Shown: piece after piece, positions 1 through 9,122 of the stretch
Layout of the letters: the number at the start of each line of letters is the position of its first letter
How positions within the stretch are numbered: the first letter of the stretch is position 1
Assembly (NCBI GenBank): GCA_025928545.1
Contig: JAICJH010000025.1
Span: forward strand, 482 to 64,481
Length of the DNA stretch: 64,000 nucleotides
Reading direction: 5' to 3'
From: Bryobacteraceae bacterium
GTDB lineage: Bacteria; Acidobacteriota; Terriglobia; Bryobacterales; Bryobacteraceae
Program-made: the position numbers and the translations under genes
The notes under the pieces: generated by a model
Seen by the model: the letters and a program-made list of their open reading frames with translations, nothing else
The model's database searches: none
What the model was told of the DNA's origin: nothing

Positions 1-2
1 GC

Positions 3-1904
3 CTGTTCCGCGGATTGGCAGCGCCGGCGTCTATCTTCGCTGCATTCTACTATTTCCTTCTGATCGCCTTCCCTGTCAGCGTCTATCTGGGTGCGCGGCT
101 GTTAGGGCTTTCACCTCCTGCCGCGGGGCTCGCTTCCCTCCTTGTCTTCGCTCCCGCTTCCGCCGGTTTGCTCAGCGGCTACGATCTCGGATATGCATCT
201 GTCGTCTGGCGCGGCATCGGTCTCTACACCCAGTTATTCGCGCTCCACTTTCTGGTGCTATCCCTCGGCGTCACCGTGCGCGCCCTCGATGAAGGGAAGC
301 GTTACCAGCGCGTACTCGCCGGCATACTTTTGGCATTGACGCTGCTGTCGCACATTGTTTTCGGCTACGCCGCCTTCGTTTGCGCAGCTGTTCTGGCGCT
401 CGCAGGCCCTGCGGGACGCCGCGTGCAACGGCTCATCCGCCTGGGCACAATCGCGCTTCCGGCGCTGCTCCTCCTTGCCTGGTTCATCGTCCCTCTGATA
501 CTCGCGAAACAGATTGTGAACCACAGCCGCTGGGAGTTTGCCTGGAAGTGGGATTCTTTTGGCGCGCGCGTCATCCTGACTGAGTTGTTCTCGGGACGCC
601 TGCTCGACGGGGCGCGCCTGCCTTTTCTCACCCTTCTGGTTGCGGCCGGAGCTGTCGCTGCGTTTTTGTCCCGCGCCAACCCACTCGCTCGCCGACTGCT
701 GGTGATGACGATCGCGTGGCTGGCTCTCTTCTTTGGGCGTGAAACATGGGGCGCGCTCACTTTGCTCGCTGGTGTGCCAGCCGATCTGCCCATGCACCGG
801 TTTCAGGCCGTATTCGAGCTGACGGCAATCCTTTTAGCCGCCTATGGTGTAACGCACCTCATCCAATGGGTCGCGGCGCGTGACCGCACGTTCGGAGCGT
901 TGGCTGTGGCGGCTGTTGTGGTTTCGCTTGGACTGATAGGAGACGAACGGGCCGCATTCCTGAATATCAACGAATCCTGGGGGGAGGCAAATCTCGCGGC
1001 ATGGAACAAGGAAGGGCCCGATGCCGAAGCCGCCCTGGCGGATGTGCAAAGGCTTCTGACAACAAGGCCCGGCAGAGCCTCCGCCGGACTGGCAGCGACG
1101 TGGGGAAATGAATTCAAGGTCGGCAACACAGCGTTTTATTCGCTGCTGAGCCGCGCCCATATCGACGAGGCGAGCTTCCTGTTTCATGCCATGTCGAAGA
1201 CATCCGATGTCATGGTCCTGCGGGATGAATACAATTCCGCTCACGATATCGCTTTCGGCATTCGGGCCGTCATCGCTCCGGCAGGCATGCCTGTCCCGCC
1301 TTTTCTTCGGCGTCATTCCATTCATGGCCGGTTCGTCGTCTATGAGTCCTCGCCGGAAGGGTACTTCGGCCTGGTGGATCTCGCCGGCTATTACACTGGC
1401 CCGCCGGAAACTGACTACTACGTAAACACTGCGTGGCTGAAAAGCGCGCTGGTTCCCGCGGGCGTGGCCGTCTCACTCGATTCCAGTCAGCCGGTGGGCC
1501 GTGCAATTAATCCGGGCGAAGAGTTGCCTGCCCCGACTCCTGAGCAATTCAGTTCAAAAGGCCGGGTGGTTTTTGAAACCAAATCGCAGGAAACCTATGA
1601 GGCGATGATCGATGCCAGCCGCCCGGCGTGGGCCTCCATCAAAATCACCTGGAATCCCGATCTCATTGCCACGGTGGATGGAAGGCCCTCACCGCTGCTT
1701 CAGATTACGCCCGGCTTCGGCGCGGTGGCGATTCCGGCGGGGCAACATCGGGTGACCGTCGAATATAAACCTGGTGGACTGAAGCCGCTGCTGTTCCTGT
1801 TCGGCATCGTCGCATTTGGGTCGTTCTGGTATTTCGCGCCCAACCCGCAATTAACGAAGCTGTTTCCGGCGCTACTTCGTTTTAGAACCGTTCTTCTTAA
1901 ATAA
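3..1904 (+). CDS. Large polytopic membrane protein, N-terminus cut by the window edge (possibly GT-C-type; function unassigned)
   Basis: The frame of ORF 15..1904 stays open back to base 3, so the gene starts upstream of the window. The first ~300 aa hold many hydrophobic helices, followed by a ~300 aa soluble part and a terminal TM (LLFLFGIVAFGSFWYF). It lies among GT-C enzymes. Confidence 0.6.
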   Translation: MFRGLAAPASIFAAFYYFLLIAFPVSVYLGARLLGLSPPAAGLASLLVFAPASAGLLSGYDLGYASVVWRGIGLYTQLFALHFLVLSLGVTVRALDEGKRYQRVLAGILLALTLLSHIVFGYAAFVCAAVLALAGPAGRRVQRLIRLGTIALPALLLLAWFIVPLILAKQIVNHSRWEFAWKWDSFGARVILTELFSGRLLDGARLPFLTLLVAAGAVAAFLSRANPLARRLLVMTIAWLALFFGRETWGALTLLAGVPADLPMHRFQAVFELTAILLAAYGVTHLIQWVAARDRTFGALAVAAVVVSLGLIGDERAAFLNINESWGEANLAAWNKEGPDAEAALADVQRLLTTRPGRASAGLAATWGNEFKVGNTAFYSLLSRAHIDEASFLFHAMSKTSDVMVLRDEYNSAHDIAFGIRAVIAPAGMPVPPFLRRHSIHGRFVVYESSPEGYFGLVDLAGYYTGPPETDYYVNTAWLKSALVPAGVAVSLDSSQPVGRAINPGEELPAPTPEQFSSKGRVVFETKSQETYEAMIDASRPAWASIKITWNPDLIATVDGRPSPLLQITPGFGAVAIPAGQHRVTVEYKPGGLKPLLFLFGIVAFGSFWYFAPNPQLTKLFPALLRFRTVLLK

Positions 1905-2621
1905 GGCCCAGTTCAGGTTCCCCTTCGCCAGTTCGAAATCGGGTCGCCCGCGGAGCGCCGCCTGAGCGCTGTCGATAGCTTTGTCCCACATCTCGAGTTT
2001 GATGTAAGCGGCGGAAATGTTGTTGTAAGCCTCAGGCATGTCTGGCTTGATCTTCAGTGCCTTTTCCGCGAGATCGATGCACTGCCGGTAGTCTCCAGCC
2101 TGGTACTTCTGCAATGACTCATCGATCAACGCTTCCGCGGGGCCGTTAGTTGGGGTCGGGGCGGTGCCGTTCGCCGCGGCCTGCTCTCTTAAGATCCACG
2201 CGAGATTCGTCTTTGCCAGAGCCAGATCGGGTTGCAGTCGCAACGCCTCTTTGATATTCGTGAGGGCTTCGTCGTACTTCTTCAACTGAAGGTACGCTAC
2301 CGCGATGTTGTTATAGGCCAGGACGGCGTCCGGCTTCAGCCTGAGCGCTACTTTGGCGGCGTCAACCGAATCCTGATACTTGCCGGCCTGGTATAGCTCC
2401 AGAGAAAGTTGAATCTGCGCATCCGCGCCGCTCAGTGTGGAGGTAAGCCCTGGATTCGCTGCCGCGGGCCGTCTCATTCGTTGAATAATCGGTACGGCCA
2501 GCAGTGCGACAACCGCCGCGACCAGCACCCATTTCCCCACCTGTTTCATCGAAGTTGCCTGATCGCCGGCCATTCGCGGAGCAGTGGAAGGGGTCGATTC
2601 CTCGGGTTCACTCATGTTCAT
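1872..2621 (-). CDS. Membrane-anchored TPR repeat protein
   Basis: ATG at 2621. A single N-terminal TM (WVLVAAVVALLAVPII) is followed by two TPR cassettes (YQAGKYQDSVDAAKVALRLKPD..., YQAGDYRQCIDLAEKALKIKPD...). Clear paralog of 11884..12543. Confidence 0.85.
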   Translation of the reverse strand: MNMSEPEESTPSTAPRMAGDQATSMKQVGKWVLVAAVVALLAVPIIQRMRRPAAANPGLTSTLSGADAQIQLSLELYQAGKYQDSVDAAKVALRLKPDAVLAYNNIAVAYLQLKKYDEALTNIKEALRLQPDLALAKTNLAWILREQAAANGTAPTPTNGPAEALIDESLQKYQAGDYRQCIDLAEKALKIKPDMPEAYNNISAAYIKLEMWDKAIDSAQAALRGRPDFELAKGNLNWALFKKNGSKTK

Positions 2622-2791
2622 ACCTTGCGTGCGTCAATCCGAAATGGTAGCACGAAACCGGCGCTTTCAGAGTCTTTTTGGCTCCTGCCAAATGGCCACA
2701 ATAGCGGGCCTGAAATACTCTCTTCCGGCCATTCTGTTGCTGGCCATACCGGCGTCTTGCGGCGATTCCTCGTGCTTCGGCATCCTGCCCG

Positions 2792-4489
2792 TTAAGGAAC
2801 CCTGAAGACATAAATCGCGTGTCCGACGATCGCGACAGGCTCCTTCTGTTGCAGCCACTGGCCGTCGTGCCGGTTCTCCCGCAGGGCAAGTGATGCGACG
2901 TAATTGGCGCTCACTGCATAGAGCCCCGGACTTGTCCCCCTCAGTAGTTCGTCTGCGCCGATCGGGACACTGTCGATTCCATAGTATTCCGGAAGAAATG
3001 TGCCGTAATATGCCAGCCGAATGCGCTGCCCGGGCGCATTGTGATCCAGCCAGGACTTCAACTCTTTCAGGCCTTGTCCCCAATCGATGTTGGTCTCGTC
3101 CAGCCACGTTTCACCGCAACGGCTGCCGCCATCGAGGCCAATCCAGGAGGGCTTGTCGAACCAGCATGCGCCCTCGTTGAAGTACGCCAGATGGTCGGGA
3201 TAAATCCCCGCCGCAGCCGTTACCAGCCACGCACACAGGAAAATCCCCAGCGCCTTGCTTCGCCGGGATCGGCTCCCAAGCATGTACATGATTCCGGCGC
3301 CGCCAAAAACGTGCAGACACGTGATCGACGGGATGATGTACCTGACGCCCAGGTCTTTGGCGAAGAGTGTATAAGCTGCCAGGATTGCTGCCGCCGGCAC
3401 CAGCAGGAAAATTCCTGCCAGCCGGGCTGTTTTTTCCTTCCACGGCCACACCGAAACGCCGATCACGGCCGCTGCCATCGCTGCTATCGGCTCTTTGAGA
3501 AGATATGCCACCACGAAGTAGGAATAGAAGCGATGCGCCAGTTCGCCCATCATGAAGAACCAATGGAAGTCCGCGCTGTCCAGCATGTGCATGCCGTCGA
3601 CATATTGCCGGAGCAGACTGGAGGGAACGAGATAGATATATTCCAGCGTCAGGATCGCTGCAGCACACATACCCGCCCAGGCCAGACCATAACGGATCGG
3701 CCGCGAACTCCGCCACCATGCCGCGGCCTCCCCAGGGCGTGCGGCGGACTTCGGTTGCCACATCGCTGCTGCGGCCAGCAGCACGGCGCTCACGGGCAGC
3801 AGAATCACGCCCGTGTATTTCGATCCCAACGCCCCGCCCAGCGCCAACCCGCAGAAGACCATCCGCTTCAGCCCGGGACGCTGCAAGTAGCTCCACAGCG
3901 CCAGCAGAAACAACATGGTGAAGACAGCCAGACCGGCGTCTGTTGTCACCAGGTAAGAATGGGCGATTATGTTCGGGTCGAAGCTGTAGAGAAAAGCTGC
4001 GCCAACGCCGCCGGCGTTGCCGGACATGGCCCGCCCCAGAACGAACATGACGAAGACAAGGCCGGTACTGAGCAGGATCATCGGCAGCCGCGCCCAGAAC
4101 ATGACTCTGTCCGGTCCGTTAGTACCGACGATACTGACTCCTTCCGCATACTGCATGGGTATAGCGGTTTGGGAGGTCATCGGAGTACTGCCGACGATTG
4201 TGTTCGCTCGCGGCGTTGACGGCCAGTGAATCCCGGCGGCACTGACAAACAATCCGCTGATCTCCCGGATCAAAGGCGCCTGATCCTCTACCCGGTAAAC
4301 CCGGCCGGTCTCCACAGTCGCCAGACCCACGCCGATATGGAAAGGCTCATCCCACGTCGGGCTTTTATTCAGGCTTCCGTAAAAACTCTGCGCAAAGAAA
4401 AGAGCCGCCAGAATACTCACCGAAACCCACGGGCGATTGCCCGCAGTTGTGGCTTCGAGCTGCGATAGCAGCGCCCGTCTGAAGCTCAT
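2792..4489 (-). CDS. GT-C fold glycosyltransferase, family 39 / ArnT-PMT-like (polyprenyl-phosphate-sugar dependent)
   Basis: ATG at 4489. More than 10 TM helices. An acidic dyad sits in the first extracytoplasmic loop after TM1 (SPTWDEPFH), and the overall architecture is that of ArnT/PMT_2 proteins. Confidence 0.85.
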   Translation of the reverse strand: MSFRRALLSQLEATTAGNRPWVSVSILAALFFAQSFYGSLNKSPTWDEPFHIGVGLATVETGRVYRVEDQAPLIREISGLFVSAAGIHWPSTPRANTIVGSTPMTSQTAIPMQYAEGVSIVGTNGPDRVMFWARLPMILLSTGLVFVMFVLGRAMSGNAGGVGAAFLYSFDPNIIAHSYLVTTDAGLAVFTMLFLLALWSYLQRPGLKRMVFCGLALGGALGSKYTGVILLPVSAVLLAAAAMWQPKSAARPGEAAAWWRSSRPIRYGLAWAGMCAAAILTLEYIYLVPSSLLRQYVDGMHMLDSADFHWFFMMGELAHRFYSYFVVAYLLKEPIAAMAAAVIGVSVWPWKEKTARLAGIFLLVPAAAILAAYTLFAKDLGVRYIIPSITCLHVFGGAGIMYMLGSRSRRSKALGIFLCAWLVTAAAGIYPDHLAYFNEGACWFDKPSWIGLDGGSRCGETWLDETNIDWGQGLKELKSWLDHNAPGQRIRLAYYGTFLPEYYGIDSVPIGADELLRGTSPGLYAVSANYVASLALRENRHDGQWLQQKEPVAIVGHAIYVFRVP

Positions 4490-4547
4490 TGGTTCCCGCA
4501 GTCTAGCACAGGATCGCCAGGCCGGCGTCTCATTTTCGCGTTGTCCG

Positions 4548-6143
4548 TCACGCGGGTTTCGTGCGTTCCCCGGTATAGCGGCGCGTTGCGATGGCGGCCG
4601 GCGTAGCTTCGCGTATCAGTCGGCGAAGACGTACGCAGCACAACGTCAGCAGTCCGGCCAGCGGCGCGAATACGATGAAAAACCTACCGGCGCCCTGAGT
4701 GCGGAAGACGTTCAGCAGCCAGAAGTCCACCCGGCTGTCCCAGGCCAGCAGAGCTCTCATATGCGCGGGAATCTGGGACGCGCTGGCTTTATACAGGAAG
4801 CCGTCGGCTATGTACAGAAACCCTTCGGAAGCCGGCCAGTGATCGTAACCTTCGTGGTAGTAAACGTAAGAAACATTCACGAAAATATGAAGAGCCGACA
4901 CTAGAAGACTTACCGCAAGCAGAGGTGTCAGCCAGATTCGGCGCTCCCGCCGCATCGTCTGAATCCAACCGCCGAGCGGAAGCAGGAGAAGAGGTAGAGT
5001 CGCGGCAAGATATCGGGGACCGAAGGACCATTGGCCGTGCCATGGATACGCCTTGGAAAACACCAACAGGTAAGTCACCGACATAACGAGAATCGCCGTT
5101 GTCTCCGCACGGTTCTCACGCTGGAATCGGCTGAACCACCAGGGCGCCAGAATCAGCATCGGTGAAAACAGGAAAACGCTTTCGCCAGGGGTATACAGGA
5201 ATCCGTAGAGTCCCACCGTCCATGGCGTATTCAGAGGATTAATATGCGCGTAGCTGCCTTCGAAGCTGAACTCCCCCAGCTTCCAGTAGTTGACGGCGCA
5301 AACCGTCAGGAACCCGGCGACGCCCCAGCCGATGAATGGCAATGTCTCGCGTATGACTTCTGCCGTCTGCTTTCCCCTGCGCTGCCAGGCGTTCCAAACC
5401 AGATAGAGTGCAAGCGTGGGCAGGAAAACCACGGTGGAGGGTCGCACCAGCAGCATGATGCAGACGCTCGCGCCGGCCAGCAGGCGCGAGCGGGACGAAG
5501 GTGTCAATCGGTCCTCGTGCAATTGATAGAAAGCCCATAAAGGGAATAACCCTTCGGCAATGTGCTGCAGATAGCCCGTCGTGAATCCCGCCAGGTGGCT
5601 GGCGATGCCAAGTATCGCAGTCGCCGGGAGTGCCCACGCCGGTTTTGCCCCCAGCCGGCAGCTAAAAGAAAAGAACACAGCCATCAGGGCAGCGCCGGCG
5701 AACGCGTTGAACAGATTGACAAAAAAAATCTCGATCTGTCCGCTCCAGTATTTACCTGGCTGCCCGATCGTTTGTCCCGCGAAAGTATCGACCCAGGATT
5801 GAGCTCCGATCGCGTTCAGTCCAACATGCACTGCGCGGCCGAGTTCATAGAGCGGCACCGACAGCACCGACTGTCCGGCTCCGTAGGGAGCGTACGTTCT
5901 CCCGTCTCGTCCCGTGACCGTGTTGGTGAAAACCGGCGCGACCGCCAGGTTGCCCCGCTCTGCGAGCGATTCAGTCTGTTGGTAAACTTCGATCTCGTCT
6001 GTGGTCCAGAAGTGCCCCCGGGTCACCCCGATGTAGAACACGAGAAAGGAGAGGAAGACCCAGACTTGCAGTGACGCATGGACGACTCCCGCAATGCGGC
6101 TGGGTAACGGTGCCAAAGCCGATGTTTGCCGTTGCGGGCTCAT
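4548..6143 (-). CDS. GT-C fold membrane glycosyltransferase (ArnT/PMT-like)
   Basis: ATG at 6143 with GGAG upstream. Polytopic. The first loop after TM1 has HFWTTDEIEVY (acidic dyad). Same strand as the GT39 gene, 58 nt upstream of it. Confidence 0.75.
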   Translation of the reverse strand: MSPQRQTSALAPLPSRIAGVVHASLQVWVFLSFLVFYIGVTRGHFWTTDEIEVYQQTESLAERGNLAVAPVFTNTVTGRDGRTYAPYGAGQSVLSVPLYELGRAVHVGLNAIGAQSWVDTFAGQTIGQPGKYWSGQIEIFFVNLFNAFAGAALMAVFFSFSCRLGAKPAWALPATAILGIASHLAGFTTGYLQHIAEGLFPLWAFYQLHEDRLTPSSRSRLLAGASVCIMLLVRPSTVVFLPTLALYLVWNAWQRRGKQTAEVIRETLPFIGWGVAGFLTVCAVNYWKLGEFSFEGSYAHINPLNTPWTVGLYGFLYTPGESVFLFSPMLILAPWWFSRFQRENRAETTAILVMSVTYLLVFSKAYPWHGQWSFGPRYLAATLPLLLLPLGGWIQTMRRERRIWLTPLLAVSLLVSALHIFVNVSYVYYHEGYDHWPASEGFLYIADGFLYKASASQIPAHMRALLAWDSRVDFWLLNVFRTQGAGRFFIVFAPLAGLLTLCCVRLRRLIREATPAAIATRRYTGERTKPA

Positions 6144-6297
6144 CCCCGCATCTCCGCGGGAATGGGAATACGCCAGGGATCGGGGTAGCTGAGTTGCAGC
6201 AGAGTCTCGCCGTCCTGAGTCTTCAGTGCCTGCTGTTCCAATTCATCCACCGGTCCAATTCTTTCATGTCCTCAGGTGCCCGCGACGCATAGCAGCA

Positions 6298-8967
6298 TCA
6301 GGTGCGATTGCGGTAAAGATCCGGCCGGATCACTTCCCGCATCGCATCGGGCGTCGGCAGTATCCCGAGGAATTCTTCAATTCGCGGCAACCACGCCTCG
6401 GGGTTCCGTACCAGTTCCGGGTAATCCACCACCAGTACTTCGAAGCCCTTCGCTGCTCTCAACCCGTGCAGAATCGAATTCCGGTGATTGGACATCATCT
6501 CGGCGAGTTTCGTGTGGTCGGCCTCTGGTTCGTTTTCGCCTCGATTGCGGATCATCCTCGCTTGCGACGCAACCACCTCGGCTACCGGACGGTCCATAAA
6601 AATCACGCGATACCGGTTGCCGGCCGGCAGTGAAGGCAGCAGCATGGAAATGACTTTGATCGCCTTACCCCTGGCTTCGCGCAGAATCGACGGCTCACTG
6701 GCTACCCGCTTGATGGCTTCCCATTCGTAGTAGCCTTCAGGATTATCCGCGTCGGCCACGCGTTGCCCATCCGTCATTGCAGGCAAGCCGCCGGCTTCCA
6801 GCATTCGCATCATCAGCGAAGTCCCGCTCCGCGGCAAGCCGGACACTATCACGAATTCAAGCCCCGCTTCTGCCTGAGAATCGTCCGCTGACGGTACGGC
6901 CACAGCCTCCAGGCGGGTTTCGGGCGCTGCGGCGGCGCGGTCCCGCTCGCGCTGCCGGGCCGATTCGCGGATTGCCTCCATCCGTCGTAACTCCCGTCCC
7001 CGCTGCCGCAGAAAGTCCTTCGCGGCATCCGCGTGCATTCTTCCTTTCGGGGTATCGCCCAGCAGGGAAGCGAGCATTCGATGCGAGATTCGCAGCGGTG
7101 GCTGAAACGAGAGTGAAGTCTCGAATGCCTGGATCGCGCGCTCCCGCCTGTCCAGTCTTGTAAGCGCCACGCCCAACAGAAAATGCGATTGCGGCAGGTC
7201 GTGACGGCAACCGATGGAGGCCAGTGCGCATTGAGCCGCTTCCTCGAATCTGCCCTGGCGCAGATAGACACGCGCCAGACCCTGGTGCGCCAGCGCGCTG
7301 CCCGGATCCCGCTCCAGCGTTCGCTCAAACGCGCGCTCCGCATCCTGCCACCGGCGCAACTTCAGGTAAGCCAGGCCGATGTGGTTCGAAAGGTCCGGTG
7401 GGCCGTTTCCCGCTCCTTCTGCGGCCAGAAAGCTTTCCAGGCTTTCGCGGAAATGCCGCTGTTCAAAAGCGATCCTGCCCAGCAGATAACGCATTGCAGG
7501 CGCGTCGGGGCGTCGTTGCAGCGCTTGTTCAACTGCTTTACGAGCCTGCTCCACCAGGCCCAGCCGCAACTGGCAATCTGCCAGCGCGAGCGAGAAGTCA
7601 CCCCGCTCGGGCGCCTCCGCGTGCAGTTCCTCCAGCAGCGGCAACGCCTCGGCGAACCGCCATGTGCTGGTGAAGACGCGCACCAGATTCCATTTGATTT
7701 CCCGCCGGCAATTCGCGGCAGCTTCCGCGTCGCTCGCCGGCTGGGCTTCTATATAGCCGAGCGCCACAAACTGTTCGATCAGCCGGTCTGCATCTTCCAG
7801 CGGCAAATGATAGCCCGCCGGATGCATCCCACTCTCACCCTCCACCTCATCCCAGCTTCGAATGCGCGCCATAGTGGGCATCTGCTCGAATGCTTCCACC
7901 AGGATCCTGCCCGGCATGTCCTCTCCCGCCGGAAGACCGAATAACGATAGGAGAGTGGGCGCAACGTCCAACAGACTCACTCCATAGATTCTTTCGTCTT
8001 TCCTGATCCCGGCTCCAGCCATCGCGAACATCCCGAGTGCCCTGTGCTGTTCCGCGGGTCCGGTCGGGACCCGTGGGATGCGCGATGGACGCAGATGATC
8101 GCTGTGGAAACCATGATCCGAAACGATCATCACCGTTGTTTCAGGTCCCGCCAGTTGCAGCAAACGTCCCAGAAAAAGATCCATCAGCCGATAGCCGCCG
8201 TTCACCACATCGTGATACAGGTCGAAATCCTTCTGATCTATCCATTCCAGCTTTGGCGCGTGGTAATTCATGAAGCCGTGGCTGAAATGGTCGATCCCGA
8301 TGTAGTACGCCGCCATGAAATCCCACTCGCTGTTCTCCATCAGCCACGTGGCCGCGGCGTGCGTTGTGAAACATTCGGCCAGCGTGGTTGCGAGCATTCC
8401 AATCGGGTTTGGCTTCGAGAAATCCACCTCGTCGAGGCGCGGAACGAAAAGCCGGAGGATCTCCTCATCTATGTCATGAGGTGCAAGGCGTAGTTCGGCG
8501 AGTTCCGCAGATGCGGCTTCCGGGTGCACTGTTCCGGCAGCCATCGGCCAGGCTTCGCCGGGGCGACCGAATCCTCTGGCAAATGCGTCGGAGACGCACG
8601 CTCCGCGAATAGGTTCGGCCGGGTGCCCTCCGAACCATCCGGCCACATTGCTCCTCAGACCCTTCTGCGAGAGGATATTCCAGATAGCTTTCGTCCGGCG
8701 TGACGTGCTGGAAATGGGACGAATCCGTCCCGTTTCCGCGTCGACTTCGGTGAAACCCAGGATGCCGTGTTGATCTGCGCGTTTGCCAGTGGCGACTGAG
8801 TTCCAAAGCAGGGGAGAAAGAACCGGCTCAAGCGTAATCATGTCGGCAATAGTGCCGCGCTCCACCAGTCCCGCAAAAACAGGCATTTCTCCCCGTTCTA
8901 TTAATGGATTCAGTACCTTCCAGTCGGCGGCGTCCCAGCCGATGAGCAGCACTTTTTTATTTTCCAT
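6298..8967 (-). CDS. Three-domain fusion: alkaline-phosphatase-superfamily phosphodiesterase/nucleotide pyrophosphatase + TPR + sulfotransferase
   Basis: N-terminal part: LLIGWDAADWKVLNPLIERGEMP ... MIVSDHGFHSD (type I phosphodiesterase / AlkP-like). Middle part: TPR repeats (aa ~450-680). C-terminal part: VIVSGLPRSGTSLMMRMLEAGG (PAPS-binding P-loop of sulfotransferases). Start is uncertain: ATG 8967 is preferred, TTG 9024 is the ORF-track start. Confidence 0.8.
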   Translation of the reverse strand: MENKKVLLIGWDAADWKVLNPLIERGEMPVFAGLVERGTIADMITLEPVLSPLLWNSVATGKRADQHGILGFTEVDAETGRIRPISSTSRRTKAIWNILSQKGLRSNVAGWFGGHPAEPIRGACVSDAFARGFGRPGEAWPMAAGTVHPEAASAELAELRLAPHDIDEEILRLFVPRLDEVDFSKPNPIGMLATTLAECFTTHAAATWLMENSEWDFMAAYYIGIDHFSHGFMNYHAPKLEWIDQKDFDLYHDVVNGGYRLMDLFLGRLLQLAGPETTVMIVSDHGFHSDHLRPSRIPRVPTGPAEQHRALGMFAMAGAGIRKDERIYGVSLLDVAPTLLSLFGLPAGEDMPGRILVEAFEQMPTMARIRSWDEVEGESGMHPAGYHLPLEDADRLIEQFVALGYIEAQPASDAEAAANCRREIKWNLVRVFTSTWRFAEALPLLEELHAEAPERGDFSLALADCQLRLGLVEQARKAVEQALQRRPDAPAMRYLLGRIAFEQRHFRESLESFLAAEGAGNGPPDLSNHIGLAYLKLRRWQDAERAFERTLERDPGSALAHQGLARVYLRQGRFEEAAQCALASIGCRHDLPQSHFLLGVALTRLDRRERAIQAFETSLSFQPPLRISHRMLASLLGDTPKGRMHADAAKDFLRQRGRELRRMEAIRESARQRERDRAAAAPETRLEAVAVPSADDSQAEAGLEFVIVSGLPRSGTSLMMRMLEAGGLPAMTDGQRVADADNPEGYYEWEAIKRVASEPSILREARGKAIKVISMLLPSLPAGNRYRVIFMDRPVAEVVASQARMIRNRGENEPEADHTKLAEMMSNHRNSILHGLRAAKGFEVLVVDYPELVRNPEAWLPRIEEFLGILPTPDAMREVIRPDLYRNRT

Positions 8968-9122
8968 GGGATCCGACGAAAGGCTGGCCGTAAGTACTGG
9001 AACTCCATCCCGGGGACCAACCAAACGTACCGTCTTTATTCTTTCTTGGGTGTATTATACTGGACCAAGGCGTAACCAAATAGTATCGAAAAGACCAATA
9101 GAGACAGCGCCTGGAGGAAGAT

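Noticed and set aside
3041-4219. 392-aa ORF on the plus strand
   Set aside because: It is antisense to the GT39 gene. The composition is Arg/Gln/His-rich with no motifs. Shadow ORF.
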